Below are positions 32,001 through 47,000 of a DNA stretch of 64,000 nucleotides, piece after piece. The position numbers and the translations under genes were made by a program. The stretch lies in NCBI GenBank assembly GCA_963793425.1, contig CAWCAG010000003.1:1-64000 (forward strand), given 5' to 3'. Origin of the DNA: an uncultured cyanobacterium. GTDB lineage: Bacteria > Cyanobacteriota > Cyanobacteriia > Cyanobacteriales > CAWCAG01. Under the pieces are notes generated by a model, which ran no database searches, was not told the DNA's origin, and saw only the letters and a program-made list of their open reading frames with translations. Each line of letters starts with the position of its first letter. Within the stretch, counting starts at the first letter, position 1.

Positions 32001-35000
32001 GGTGAGTACTCCTGTTTCTGCATCTATGACCATTCCTCTGGGGGCATTCTCTAGTTGCCAGAGTAATAAGTCTCCATCCGGATCTGTGGCTGCTAGTTGA
32101 TATTGATAGAGCCTTTGAATGTTGGTGGTTATTTCTGGAGTGGAGGTGATGGTGGGAGGTCGATTTAAGGCTCTATCAGATACATTGAGGGTAAATAGTT
32201 GAGTGGTACTTCCCCCTTGAGCATCAGTTACTTCTATTTCTACGGTGTGGTTGCCAAATTGTTCTGCATCAGGAACAAAAATGATTTCTCCCCTGTCACT
32301 CATTAACATTCCATTAGGACGTTGCAGGAATTTGTAGGTTAAGGGGTCGCCGTCGGGGTCGTTGGCTGTGACACGATAGAAGTAACTGTTAACGATGATG
32401 GTGTTGGTGCGAGGAGTAGAAGTTATCTCTGGGTTACGGTTAGCTTGAGGTTCTACTACTTCTAGGTTTAGTGTCTGTAGGGCTTCTCCGCCATTACCAT
32501 CTGTGGCTTTGATGGTGATTGGCTGTTCTCCTAGTTGGTCTGGTGTCCAGGCTAGTAGTCCAGTTGTGGAGTCTATGGTTATTCCTGGAGTTGTGCCAAC
32601 TAGTTCATAGGTTATTTCATCTCCATCTGTATCTACTGCTACAGCCTTATATTGGAAAGGTTTTCCTAACTGGGGTGTTGCTTCTTCTGAGACTACTGAA
32701 GTGAATAACGGAGCATTATTGGGAGCAACTAATTCGACCTCAATAATTTGCAGTGCCTGTCCTCCTTCAGAATCCCTAGCCCTTAGTAGGACTTCAAACT
32801 TAACTACATCCGATACAGAATAATCCCTACCAATAGCTGCTAAGCGTTCTTTTTCTGCTTTCAAGTCAGCATAATATTGTTCAATTTGGGTTGCTGAAGG
32901 CGACCAGATTACTACCCCTGTTCCTGGATCTACAGTCATTCCCTCTGGATTTAAGGTTAAATCGTAGATAACTGGGTCAGCATCTGGGTCAGTTGCATTG
33001 GCGCGGTAGATTAAGGACTCTCCTACTTCCAAATCAACTTGAGGTGCTGTGGTTACGAAGAATGGTGCTTGATTAGGAGGTTCAGTTTCCCCCTGATGAA
33101 TACCAAAAAGATGAGTGTAGGTTTCTCCCGCTACGGTGATTGTATCGACATAGGAATCTATTTCCGGGGTTGTTTGACTATAACCATTAGGTAGTATTTG
33201 CCTTACTGTATAAGTTCCAGGGTCAAGGTCATCGAAGGTGAAGTAGTAATTGGTATTGCCAATACTAGAAGGTGTTTCATCTTTTTTAGTTAACTGCCAA
33301 GGTTCCTCTTCATCTAGTACACCGTTATTATTCAAATCGATGTAAACTGTGACATCTTCTAGTAAGGGTTCTACTGCATAGCGGTCGTCCCACCCACCAA
33401 AGATATCCACAAACTCTTCTACGTCAGTTATTTGGAGAGCGTTGGGGTCTATTATCTTTATGGTATCAATGGTGGAATAAAGACCAACACCAAAAGCATT
33501 AAGGTTGATTCCTTGAGAAGCTAAGTTTCCAACTACCTGGGCTGCTACTACAGGATCAAGATAACCATAACCATCGGAGAGGAAGATTACGTTAGGATCT
33601 CCAGGTAGAACACCAACTAAATCTTCAATCTTTTCTAAGGTGTTGGTAAAGTTGTTATGACCGTCTGGATAGTAACCGTAGAGAATCTCCTCTAAATCTC
33701 TGATGCCGTTGTTGTTGTTGTCCGCTAAAGGTGTTGTGTAAGGTTGTACACCAGGCTCTCCTGGATTCATATCCTCAATAATTGCCTGGTCATTGTGAGG
33801 GATTAGACCGATGTTAACTTTATCTCCATATCCTTGGGCAATCAAAGATTCTGCCAAAGCTAAAGTTGCTGCAACTTGGGCATCAAGGACAGTTTCTATC
33901 CCTACTTTACCTACGAAAGGTGCTTCTGTACTACCAGAAGTATCAATAGCTAGGACAACAGCAGGATTATCTCCTTGAACTAGTTTGTTGTCCCGGAAAC
34001 CGTTGTTGTTAAGGTCATCAAACACTGCTCCCCGAATTTTACCAACGCTATCAAAAACCTCTACTGTAAAGCTTTGCTGGTCTTTGCCTCCCCGACCATC
34101 TAAGACCTCTACTACAAATTCTGCTGTATCTCCAGAATTAATGCTTTCTGGGAACCAGAGCAATTCTCCTGTTTCGCTATCAATTAATGCTCCCAACGGC
34201 CCATCAACTAAACGGTATCTTAGTTTGTCTCCATCACCGTCAATACTATTGAGTTTGTACTGATAAATCCTGCTATCAAGACCAAACTTAGTTTTAGGAC
34301 TGCTAACAATAGCCGGATTGCTATTATCTGGATCAGGCCAAACTTTGATTTGATATTCCTGAATATCTTGACCACCTTGACCGTCTTTTACTCCTAGTTG
34401 AACGCCAAATATGGCAATTTCTCCTGAGTCGCTGCTACCTGTTTCTCCGGTTCCAGGAGTAACAATCTCAACAACCTCATCTTTTTCGTATTCAAAAACT
34501 CTGAACTCATAATCAACTGGACTACTAGAGGTGCTGCCTTCAATTAACAGAGTGTATTCCCCATCTCCAGGTAGAGTATGTTCAAAATCATTAGAGAGAC
34601 TAGTATTAGTGAGTAGTTCATTTCCAGGACTGTATAATTTCCAATAGTTTGCACTAGTGCCTACAACTGAGTCAAAGAAAAGAGTTTGACCTTCCTTACC
34701 ATTAACTTTATAGAACTTTCCTTGTTGACCACTAGGTAAAGAACTAGTGATTGGTACGTTAAAGGTTATTTTTGGTGCAGTAGTCTGTTCGAGGAGTTGA
34801 AACTGATAATCTCTATCGCTAGTGGTTTCTCCAGAAATGACCAGGTGATATAAGCCATCTTGAGTTAAGGTATGAAGGGCGCTGTCATAGCGACGGTAAT
34901 CTCCTATATTGAAGACAGCATTACCGTTGGGATTGTAGAGGGTGGCTGTAACGTTGTTACCTTGAATGCCATTAAACATAACTTTCAACCCTTCTACCCC

Positions 35001-38000
35001 ATCAAAGGAATAGACTTTAGCTTCTTTACCATCAAGATTTCCTGAAACTACACCACCAATTTCTAGATAGTTAACATTGGGGTTTCTCAAGCTACTGGGC
35101 AGTTCTTGTAAGGCAAATTCATAATCCCCGACAGTAGTGTCATAGTAACCATAAACTTGCAAAGTATAGTCCCCGCTTTGGGATAAAACCGCAGGAGATT
35201 TGTCTTGGCTAATCGAATGATTCTCAAAAGCATAGCTGCCATCAGGATTAACCAACCTAGCCATGATGTTGCCATTACTATCTTTGAGACTATTAAAGAA
35301 TACTTGCGTACCAGCAGTAGCAGTAAAGTTGTAGTCAATAGTCTCCCCAGCATTCAAAGTACCACTGTGAGGAATATTCAGCCCAAAGTTAGTTACAGGA
35401 GTTGGAGTGTTGTCAGTTACTTGGAAACCATAATTAACTGGGTCGTTACTAGTTCCTGCTACGGCAAGGGTATACAACCCATTGGAAGGTAAGGCTACTT
35501 CAAAGTCAGGACTGCGCCAATTCGGGTTAGCAAGGATGCCATTATCAGGGTCATAAAGTACCCAGTTTGCACCACTGCAACTAGTAGCATCTAAATCGAA
35601 ATTGAGTACCTGTCCCTGCTGCCCTGCAAACTGATATAACTTAGTTTCTTTACCTGGATTCAGAGTTTCGCTTATTGGTGTAGTGAAATCTAAGGGAGTA
35701 GCTGCTGCCCTGTCGCTTAAGGTAAAACTGTAGCTACCAGTGTTGTCATAGTAACCGTCAATTACTAAGCGATAAGTTCCTTCTTCAGTTAGAGTAAACG
35801 GCGGCCAGTTAGCACCTGTACTACTGTTTACTACTAGCTTGCCGCTAGGACTATATAGCCTTGCATATGTGTAACTATCACTTTCTAGGGCATCAAAGAA
35901 GAGTTTTTGTCCAACTGTTCCAGTAAAAGTATAGCTATCCTGTTCTCCTGCTTTAGTAATCTCATCATCAACTGTGTTTCCCAAGATTAAAGGAGTCGTT
36001 GCTAAGCTAGGATTGACTACTTCCAGATTATAGTCATTATCAATGTGGCCATTACCACTCAGTACTAAAGTATACTCTCCAGTTGTAGGTAAGCTTAACT
36101 CACCATCATCATCAAAGCTTTCACTAAATACCAATTTGTCATGTTTATCGTAGAGACGATAGTAGTTACCAGCACTGCCAGTCTGACGATTGAGGTAAAT
36201 ATATTCTCCTTCAACACCATCGAAGGTGTAAATATTAACTTCCCTTTTACTAGCACCAAAATCTCCCACTAGAACGCCGTTGTCTAGGTTTACTTCTGGG
36301 GCTACATCAACATCAAGGATACGGAAACTGTAGCTATCAATATCATCCTCATAACCGTCTACAACTAATTGATAAATACCATCTGTAAGTAGAGTAAACG
36401 GAGCAACATTATCTTCTGCATCAGTTGTCCAGACTTCGTTACCATCTGGGTCTAGTAATTTGATATCAATGTTTTGGCTAGGATATTCTAAGCTATCAAA
36501 GAAGAGTTTCTGCCCCTTGTCACCTCGAAAAGTATAGGTATCTTGCTCCCCTGCTTCAGTAACATCTTTGCTAACTACATCGCCAATTATGTAGGGGGTT
36601 GTAATAAATTCGGGTGTAACTATTTCTAAGCCGTAGTTATGGTTAGTATAGCCTCTTCCAGAGAGAACAAGAGTATATTCTCCATCGCTAGGAAGTATAG
36701 CTGCTTCCCCTTCGTAGTCGTGACTCAAATGCTGGGAGAATAGTTTCTTTCCATGTTGGTCATAGAGATAATAGTAGTTGTGATAATCTCCCTCATCACG
36801 ATTGAAAAAGAGGTATTGCCCTTCCGTACCATCAAAACGATAAGCAACTGCCTCACGTTTGGAATTACCAAAATCACCAGTAATATCTTCATCTAAATCA
36901 ACAGGTGCAGCATCTGCTAAATCGATGAAACGGAACTCATAGTCTTCTACACTATCGCCAGAACCATCAACCACGAAGCGATAAGCTCCTGTTTCATCAA
37001 GGACTATGGGTTCGCGATCTCCACCAAGATTGTAGTGCCAAATTTCTTTGCCGCTAGGAGTATATAATTTACCACTAACCTGACTTGAAGTGAGCAGGCT
37101 ATCAAACCATAGCTGCTGTCCTGAAGTACCGTCAAAAGTATAAGTATTTTGTTCTCCTGCCTCAGAGATACTACCACTAATTGTATCTCCCCAATCCTTT
37201 GCTATGGTGACAAAATCTGGAGTAACTATATTGAGTTTGTAGTTGTTGCTTCCACTATCCCTGCCGGAGAAAACTAGAGTATATTCTCCATCAGTTGGCA
37301 ATATCGCTGCTTCTCCTTCATAGTCACTGTTGAGAAACTGACTAAATAAACGCTGACCATCAGGAGCGTAAAGGTAATAGTGGTCATAATACTCACCTTC
37401 AATTTGGTCAAAGTAGAGATATTGTCCTTGTGTGCCTGTAAAACGATAAGCAACAGCCTCCTCTTCAGAAGTACCGAAATCACCAATTAGATCCATATCC
37501 AAGTTAGTGGGTGTAGCACCTGCTAGATCAAGGAAGCGGAAGCTGTAAGTTCCTGTATTCTCTTGGAAAGCATCAACTACAAAACGATAAGTTCCAGTTT
37601 CTATTAAAGTAGTTGGTTCCCTATCACCTCCTACACTTTGTTTCCAAACTTCTACTCCTGTAGGGCTATACAAAGTACCCGATATATTACTGCTACGCTC
37701 TAAACTATTAAACCAGAGGCGTTGACCTTCTGTGGCGCTGAAAGTATAACTATTTTGCTGCCCTGGTTTGTCAATTTCACCAGATATCACACTGCCAATA
37801 CTTGTGGTATCTTCTACGGTTTCAGAAGAAGTTATCTGTAGATCATAGCTATTATTAGACCCTTTATAACCCCTGAAGACTAGGGTATACTCTCCATCAC
37901 TCGGTAGTTCTGGGAACTCATAACTTGCGCTAAGGAATTGATTGAACAGTTCCTCTCCCTTGGGATCATAAAGAGTGTAGCGATTATGAAAGTCACCACT

Positions 38001-41000
38001 ATTATGGTCAAAGTAGAGACGTTGACCTTTATCTCCTGTAAATTTGTAGATATTCGTTTCGCGCTTGCTATTTCCAAAGTTTCCTCTGACTTGAGGATTG
38101 CTACTCAAATCTAAAGACGTTGCACCACTATCATCTAGAAGCTGAAAACTAGCTGTAGTAGCTGAAGCACTATCAGACTGCAATACCAGATAGTATTCAC
38201 CGTCAGCTTCCAGGGTTTGCAATGTCATATCATTACTCAAATCAGCCAGGCTAGCTATTTCAAGCCCACTAGAATTGAGTAACTTAGCGGTAACATTAGG
38301 ATTAGTTGCGTTTAAACCATCCAACCAAACCTTTTGACCTACTGTCCCTGTAAATTTGTAAGCTTTGATTTCTTTAGCAGCTAAGTTAACATTAGTCTGG
38401 TCACTTGGGTTTAGGGTAAGTACAGGTGAGGCTTTGAGGTCAACTAATTGGAAACTATAGTCACCTGTGGTACTGCCGTCATGACCATAAGCTTCCAAAT
38501 TGTAATCACCAGTCTTAGTTAGCTGATAAGCACCAGAATCAGTCTGATTATCAAGATTAGAGAAAACAGTAGTTCCATCAGGATTGAGCAAACTAACTCG
38601 TTTTCTCCAATCATCTCCTTGACCATCAAAGTAGATTAAAGTACCTGCATTAGCAGTCACTGGATAGCTATCTACCTCTCCACCCACAGCAAGAGTTCCG
38701 TCGTAAACTTGATCCAATCCTGTATTAGTTACAGCAGTTGGAGAAGCATCATTAACTTGAATATCGTAGTTAGCAGTGCTATTTGCAGTGTTGCGTAGAG
38801 CAAGAATGTAATCTCCATCCACAGGCAGCGTACTAGTGAAATCACTATCAAGAGAAGAAGAGGCTACTATACGGCTACCATCAAGTAAGGTTATTGGTGC
38901 ATACAATACCCAATCTGCACCTGATACATTAGTTAAACTATCAAAATATAATTCTTGCCCTGCTGTACCAGTGAATTGATAAAGTACGGTCTCTTTCTCA
39001 CCAAGACTACCGCTTACAGAAGTTCCCAAGTTGAGATTAGTAACGCTATCTTTGAATACGAAGCTGTAGCTACCAGTGGTGTCAGTGTAACCATCAACTG
39101 TAATTTGATAAGCTCCTGATTCAGTCAGGGTTATGGGAGTACTGTCACTGGCAGTGTTACCACTAAAGACCGACTCACCACTAGGACTGCGAACTTCAAC
39201 CCTGATACTACTATCACCATCACGGGGGTCGAAGTACAGAGTTTGACCAACTACTCCTGTGAGGGTGTAAGTATCCTGTTCACCTAACTTAGTAATCTCT
39301 CCTATTACTAAATCGTTAGCCAACAAAGGTACTTCTGGTGAGGTGGTAACGACACGCTGCAAACTGTAGTTAACAGGAACATCACTTTCTCCCCGCAGCA
39401 TTAGATAGTAATCACCATCTCCTGGTAGAACATATTCAAAGTCACTGCTGAGTCCAACTTCCCGAAGTTCATTATTGTTAGCATTGAATAAATGCCAGTT
39501 AGTAGTGGGAGTATTCTCTTGACTATCAAAGTAAACCCTTTCTCCTTCAGTACCAGTGAATTGATAGAACTTAATTGCTTTTGCTTCTAAAGTACCCTGA
39601 GTCAAAGTTTCTACAGGTAATAAAGGAGCGTTATTAATATCACTAATGTCAAGTAACTGGAAACTATAATTCTCTCGTATATTCTGTATTTCCATCAACA
39701 ACTAGACTATATTCTCCTGCTTCAGGCAAGATAGCTGGAGTACGCTTACTATCTTCTTGTAACCGAGTATCAATAACTTTGTACCACTGGGACTAATTAA
39801 GGTAGCCTTGTATTGAGTGCATCTACAAGAGTGTCTAGGAAAAGTCGTTGCCCTTCACTACCTGTGAAGATATAAATATCCTGTTCACCCTTTTCAACAA
39901 TTTGACCAGAGGTGGGTGTATTCAAATTAAGGCGAAGATGTTTTCTGTAGGAGTAATTACCTCAAAGGAGTAGTTAACAGGATTGAGTGCCATTAACCCC
40001 CCTAATTGCTAAGGTATAGGTATCCGTTGCATCAAGAACAAACTCCATATCATAATGCAAATTAGCATGGCTAATACGATTATTGCCTGAATCATAAAGA
40101 GTCCAAGTTGCCCCAGGTATACTACCAGGAGAATCTAGGAAGAGACGTTGTCCTTTACTACCTCCAAATTCATAGAAATGGGTCTCTTGCCAGGATCTAG
40201 AATGCCACTAATTACAGTATCAGTATTAATTTCTTCAGCTAAACCTAAATCAAAGATATTGAAACTGTAACTACCTGTCTCTTCTCCTGAAGCATCAATC
40301 TTGACTCGATAAGTACCACTTTCATCCAGGATAATTGGTTCTGGATCTCCACTATATTCAAAGTTACGAGTTAATACAGAGTGACCACTAGGACTGATGA
40401 TTGTTGCAGTATGTGACCAAGTAGCTGTTGTATCTTTAAACAAGCGGTCAAAGTAGATACGTTGTCCTGGAGTTCCTGTAAAAGTATAGAAATCTTCTTC
40501 GCCTTTTTCGACAATCTCCCCTAAAACGGTTTGAGAGTTATCATTATCTCCCAAATTCATAGGAGTTGTAACTTCAGTGGGAGTAATAATCTCAAAGGAG
40601 TAATCAACGCTGCTTGTGAAACTAGATTTTCCTCGCAGTGCTAACAAATATTCGCCATCTTTTGGCAAATAAACTTCCATGTCTCCGAAGTTGCCATTGG
40701 AGGTGACTAGGTTATTGTTAGCATCATACAAAACCCAATCTAAACTACCACTATTACTAATCTGGTCAAAGAAAAGTTTTTGCCCCGCATTGCCAGTGAA
40801 GCGGTGAACATCATCTTCAGAACCGGGGCTGAGTGTACCATAAATGACTTCATCAAAAGGCGCAATGGGAGTGAGGTTGTAGTCAATCACACTAAAACCA
40901 TAACTGCCTGTATGATCTCCTACCGCATCAACTACAACGCGGTAATTTCCTGTTTCAGTTAGGTTAAGAATACTATTACTAATAAAATGGGTACTAAGTA

Positions 41001-44000
41001 TCTCTTCCCCATTAGGACTATAAACTTTGAATCTCCAATCTCGATAGCTACCACTATATTGCAAGGGGTCGAAGTAGATACGCTGTCCTGCTACTCCACT
41101 AAAGCTAAATTCATCGTTTTCCCCTGGTAAGCTAGCACGTCCTAAGACTGTATCTCCCAGTACCAATACTGGGGGCGGTGTCCATTCTGTGACCCCAGTG
41201 TCCGGATGTACTTTCATCCCTTCTGGCCCCAAAATCAAACTGTAGGTTAGGTTATCTTGGTCAGGGTCTTCCGCTTCTGAATCGTAGCTATAAAGTTGGT
41301 TAATCCAAGCGTCTACTTCTGGGGTTGAGGTGAAGACAGGAGGACGATTAGCAGGGTCTTCAACTACTGCTAAGGTGAAGGTTTGTAGGTCAATTCCACC
41401 TCTACCATCACTAACCCTAACTACCACACTATGGTTAGCAACGTCTGCTGTGGTAGGACTCCAAGTAATTAGTCCGGTGCTAAGGTCAATAGTTGCACCG
41501 TCGGGGGCTACTAATAATTCGTAGGTGAGGTTGTCTCCTTCTAAATCCTTGGCTTCTACATCATAGCTGTAAGGTAAACCTGCAATTGCTTCAGTGTCAG
41601 CTTCGCTAGTGATACTAGGAGCAGAGTTCAAAGTAGAAAGTACTACCAAATCATAGGTAAACTGTATTCCTTCTGGATTGAAGAAGGTTAGAGTTTTAGT
41701 TTCTGTTATTTCGTTAAGGTCTAAAGAACCATTGTCAACTAGATGAGTGAAGTCAAAATAGGGCAAACCTTGAGGAGTTATACCATCTGCATTAGCTACC
41801 TTAACACCAGGGTCACTAATTCCTTTGACTGCTACTAATAAAGGCCCATCTAAAGGATAAGAACCGTCGTTACGAATAGCTACATCAGTGGAGAGGATAT
41901 CATTTCCTTCATTGAAAGAGGTTTGCTGGTACTCTATTTCCGCGCTGGGTGAAACATCCGTAAGTTGAGTGAAGTCAATAGGCTCGTTGCTACTACTAAT
42001 TTCTTGGGAAGGAACAGCAGCTACTTCTATACCGTCTCCTGGTATTAGTTCAATGTTGGTGATGCGTACTGAGGTGGTGGTGTCGCTATCATCGTTAACT
42101 AAGCGCAGGATTAATTTGGCTTCTGTATCAGCAGTTATCCCCGTCAGATTAACTTTGACAGTTTGACCATCAATTGTTACCCCTGGTGCTAAATCAGTGC
42201 TTTCTCCTTCTGTGATGTTGAAGAAAGCATCTTTGCCCTTACCAATGGTATGAACTAAAGGTTTTCCTTCCCCATCTACTAATGCTACTTCAAAGGCATC
42301 GTTGATAAAGCTGGGGTCGGTTGCGTCAAAGTTGAGGTCTGCAAAGGTAAAGGTTAAGACAGAAGAAGAGGCAGGAATGTTTAAATCTTGTTCGTAACTA
42401 ACACCAAAGTTTTCTTCTTCAATTAAAACAATATCGTTGGATAGGAGTTGGTCATCATCAACAATTGTGCCAATGCCTTCTCCATCTTCAACTGTTGCTA
42501 CGTTGGGATTAGCTAGGTTGAGAGTGAAGGTTTCATCAACTTCATCTACAGTATCGCTACTGATAGGTATGAGAATATCTTTACTCGTTTCTCCTGGGGC
42601 GAAGGTGATTGTTCCACTAAAGGCTTGATAATCTTCCCCTGCAACGGCATCTCTATCCTGGGTGAAGTATTCTACGGTAACAGTTTCGGTGCTAGTTGCT
42701 GATAAAGTTACAGTAAACTGGGCATCGGTTGTACCTGTATCTCCTTCTACTACTGTGGCATCGCTAACGTTTAGTTGTAACGGCTGGGAGTCATCGTTGT
42801 CAACGATTGTAGCTACGCCTTCACTATCGGTTATTGTTCCGTTGGTAGGATTGGATAAAGTAACATTGAAGGTTTCATCTATTTCATCTACACTATCCCC
42901 TATTACTGGCACAGTGATGGTTTTGCTTGTTTCCCCTGGAGCAAAGGTTATTGTTCCGTTAGTAGCTTCATAGTCTTCCCCTACAACTGCTGTGCCATCT
43001 GTAGTTGTGAAGTCTAGGGTTATATAGCGATCACTTGGCTCTGATAAACTAACGACAAATTCTGCTTGAGTTGTTCCTGTATCTCCTTCCGTGAGAGAAA
43101 TATCTCCTACTGTAATGTCAGGATTGATTGGAGTAGTAACTGCCTGCCCCAAGATTACTAACTCGTAATCAAACTGTACTCCATTGGGGTTGTGGAAACT
43201 GAGAGGCCTAACATCGTGAGGATCTGCGGCTTCTCCTGTCCATAAGTTTGTAAAGTCATAATAAGGCAAACCGTCAGGAGTAACCCCATCAGCATTGACA
43301 ACTTCTACTGAAGGGTCACTGATTCCTTTAACTGCTACTAATACAGGGCCGTCGAATTTCTGATACGGAGCCTCAAGCACAGATACTTCAGTCGAGAGAA
43401 CTTCAGTTTTATCATTAAAAGAGGTCTGATGATACTCGACTAAAGCTTCTTGAGAGATATCTGAGAGTTGGAAAATATCAACTGGATTATTAGACAGGGG
43501 TGGTAGAGAACGATCATCAATAACAGGAGTATCATTTCCCTCAAATATCTCAATATTGGTAAGGTTTACTGAAGTAGTTGTGTCGTTATCATTGTTAAGT
43601 AGCCGGAAAACTAATTTAGCATCCGTGCCTGCGGTAATACCAGCTAAATTAACTTCAACAATATTCCTGTCACCTTTAAGAGTTACTCCAGGAGGAGAGT
43701 GAGGATATTCCGCTTCGCTGAAGTTGAAGAAAGCATCGTTGTCTGTAGGAGTGTAAGCTAGCGCTCGACCCCAACTGCCAATACTAGGAACTAAAGAATC
43801 ACCGTTAGAATCGACTAAAGCTACTTCAAAAGCATCTTTTACAAACCCAGAATCTGAGGTATCAAAGTCGAGATCCGAGATAAAAAATCTTAGGGCTGAA
43901 GAGTCTGATGGGATATCAAAATTGTATTCAAAACCAGTATAAAAAGAGTTCCCCTCACTCAAGCTTACATCACTAATAGATAGTAGCAGAGGCCCTTGAT

Positions 44001-47000
44001 CATCATTGTAAATTGTTCCCCAGCCTTGAGTAGAATAGGGAGAAAGAGCTGCATTGGTAGCATTGCTAAAATCAACGTAAAATTGCTCATCTGTTTCGTC
44101 TAACGTATCACCAATAACAGGTACAACTAAAGTCTGACTAGTTTCTCCTGGAGCAAAAGTTAGAGTTCCACTAACAGCCTGATAGTCTTCTCCTGCTGTA
44201 GCACTTGCATCATTAGTAATAAAGTCAACAGTTATAGTTTCGTCGCTAGCTTCCGACAGACTAACAACAAACTCTGCATTTGATGTTCCTGTATCTCCCT
44301 CCAAAAGAGCAGAATGATCAATGTCAATAATTGGCCCATCATCAGTAATAATAGAACCCCAACCAGAGGAGTCGGTAATAATAGCACCACCAGCATTAGA
44401 CAAGTTTACAGAGAAAGACTCATCTGTTTCGTCTAATTCGTCTCCAACAACTGGTACAACGAGAGTTTGTGTTGTTTCTCCTGGTGCAAAAGTTAGAGTT
44501 CCACTAACAGTCTGATAATCTTCTCCTGCTGTGGCTCCGTTATAGTGACTGGATGTATTAAAATCAACGGTAATCGGTTGAGAACCTGCTTCAGATAGAC
44601 TAACAGTAAATAAGGCATCAGTAGTACCTGTATCTCCTTCAGTTACAGAAACATTATCTATTGATAAAGCTAGGATTGCACCATCGTTATTAAGAATAGT
44701 TCCTTGAGCAGCAGAATCAGCTACACTAGCGTTACTAGCGTTGTAGAGGTTAACACCGAATATTTCATCAGGTTCGCCTAGAGTATCACCAATGATTGGT
44801 ATGTTAATAGTTTGCGTTGTTTCACCTGGAGCAAAAGTTAGAGTTCCACTAACGAACTGATAATCTTCTCCTCGTGTGGCTTGATTATAATAACTGAAGG
44901 TATTGAAATTGACGGTAACTGCCTGAGTACTAGCTTCAGATAAACTGACATCGAATAACGCATCAGTAGTACCTGTATCTCCTTCTACTGTCAAGACATC
45001 AGCTATTGATAAAGTTGGAGGCGAACCATCATCATTAAAAATAGTTCCTTGAGCAAAAGACTGAGTGATATTAGCATTGGTAGCACCGTACAAGCTCACA
45101 TTAAATGTTTCATCAAGCTCACCGGAAGTATCACCAATAATCGGTACAGAGATACTTTGAGTCGTTTCTCCTGGAGCGAAAGTCAAAGTACCGTTAACTG
45201 CTTGATAATCTTCTCCTGCTACAGCCTTGTTAGTAAAGCCATCTAAAGTGTTGAAGTTAACAGTGATTGGCTGAGTACTAGCTTCAGATAAACTGACATC
45301 AAATACTGCGTCAGTAGTACCTATATCTCCTTCTGCTGTAAAGGCATCAGTTATTGATAAAGTTGGTGGTGGAGCTTCGTCATTAAGGATAGTTCCCTGA
45401 GCAAAAGGTTGAGAGATACTAGCGTTAGTAGCTCCGTACAAACTAATGCCAAATGTTTCATCATATTCCCAAAGAGTATCACCAATGACTGGCACAGTAA
45501 TGCTTCGAGTTGTTTCACCTGGAGCGAAAGTAAGAGTACCGCTAACAGCTTGATAATCTTCTCCTGCTATAGCTCCATTAGAGTAACCGTTAGATGTGTT
45601 GAAGTTAACAGTGATTGGCTGAGTACCCGCTTCAGACAAAGTGACATCAAATACTGCATCAGTATTGTTTGCATCACCTTCGGTTACAGACACATCTGCT
45701 ATAGATAAAGCTGGTGGTGAACCATCGTCGTTGAGAATAGTTCCTTGAGCATAGAAACTAGAGGCACTAGCATTCTTAACGCTGTAGTTAAGCCGAAATA
45801 TTTCATCAAATTCACTTAAGGTATCGCCAATAACTGGTACGACAATACTTTTAGTTGTATCTCCTGGAGCAAAAGTTAGAGTTCCACTAACAGACTGATA
45901 ATCTTCTCCTTCCGTAGCATCATTATCGTATGTAAAGAAGCTAACGGTAATCGGTTGAGCGCCTGCCTCAGATAAACTAACATCAAATACCGCATCGGTA
46001 GTTCCAGAATCACCTTCTGTTACAGATGTATCAGCTATTGACAAAACTGGAGGCAAACCATCATCGTTAAGAATAGTTCCTTGAGCGAAAGAAGTGGCAA
46101 TATTAGCATTAGTTGCGCCATAAAGGCTAAGGTAAAATGTCTCGTCTGTTTCACCGAAAGTATCGCCAATAATGGGTACAAAAATATTTTCACTTGTATC
46201 TCCTGGAGCAAAAGTTAAAGTGCCACTAACAACTTGATAGTCTTCTCCGTGAGTTGCACCAATACCGCTTATAGAATATTTTACTGTTACCGTCTCACTA
46301 CTTAATTCTGATAAACTAACTGTAAATCCTGCATTAGTAGTACCAGAATCCCCTTCTAAAATACTGACATTATTGATATTAATATCAGGAACACTCACGT
46401 TAAGAAGTTCTACCTGAATTACTTCCCCACCTGAAAGAGTCAAAAGACCTATATCATTCTCCTGTTGCAGAGCAGTGATATCCCCAGCATCATAACTATC
46501 TTGAGTAACAACAGCAGCAAAGATTGCTCCTTCATCCCCAGGAGAATCAACCGAATTTAACTGAGAATCAAGATAATGACCTAATTCTTCAAGAATAACT
46601 TTGCCAACAGCTTCAGGGTTATCGAGGTTTTGCTGGAGAAATTCTTCTGAAAGATAAATAGTACCTTCGCCAAAAGCACCATTAGCATTGAGGTCGTTAA
46701 AAGACACTACCTCAAAAGAAGGGAGTTCCTGCTTACTAACTATGTTACTGATTAAGTTAGAAGCAGTTTCTTCATCCCAGCTATCTCCAAAAGCCAAGTT
46801 CAATCTTTGAACAAAATCTGGCTCAGCAACAAAGTCTTCTAATTGCTGGGAAACATAGTCAAAAGCTTGGGTGAGACTATCTTGGTACTCTTGGTCAAGA
46901 TTAAAAGAAGCTAATACTTCATCAAAATCAGTTTCGATTTGGGACTCTGCATAGTTGAGGATCTCTGTACCTAATTCCCCTTCACGCCAATCTAAGTCTG

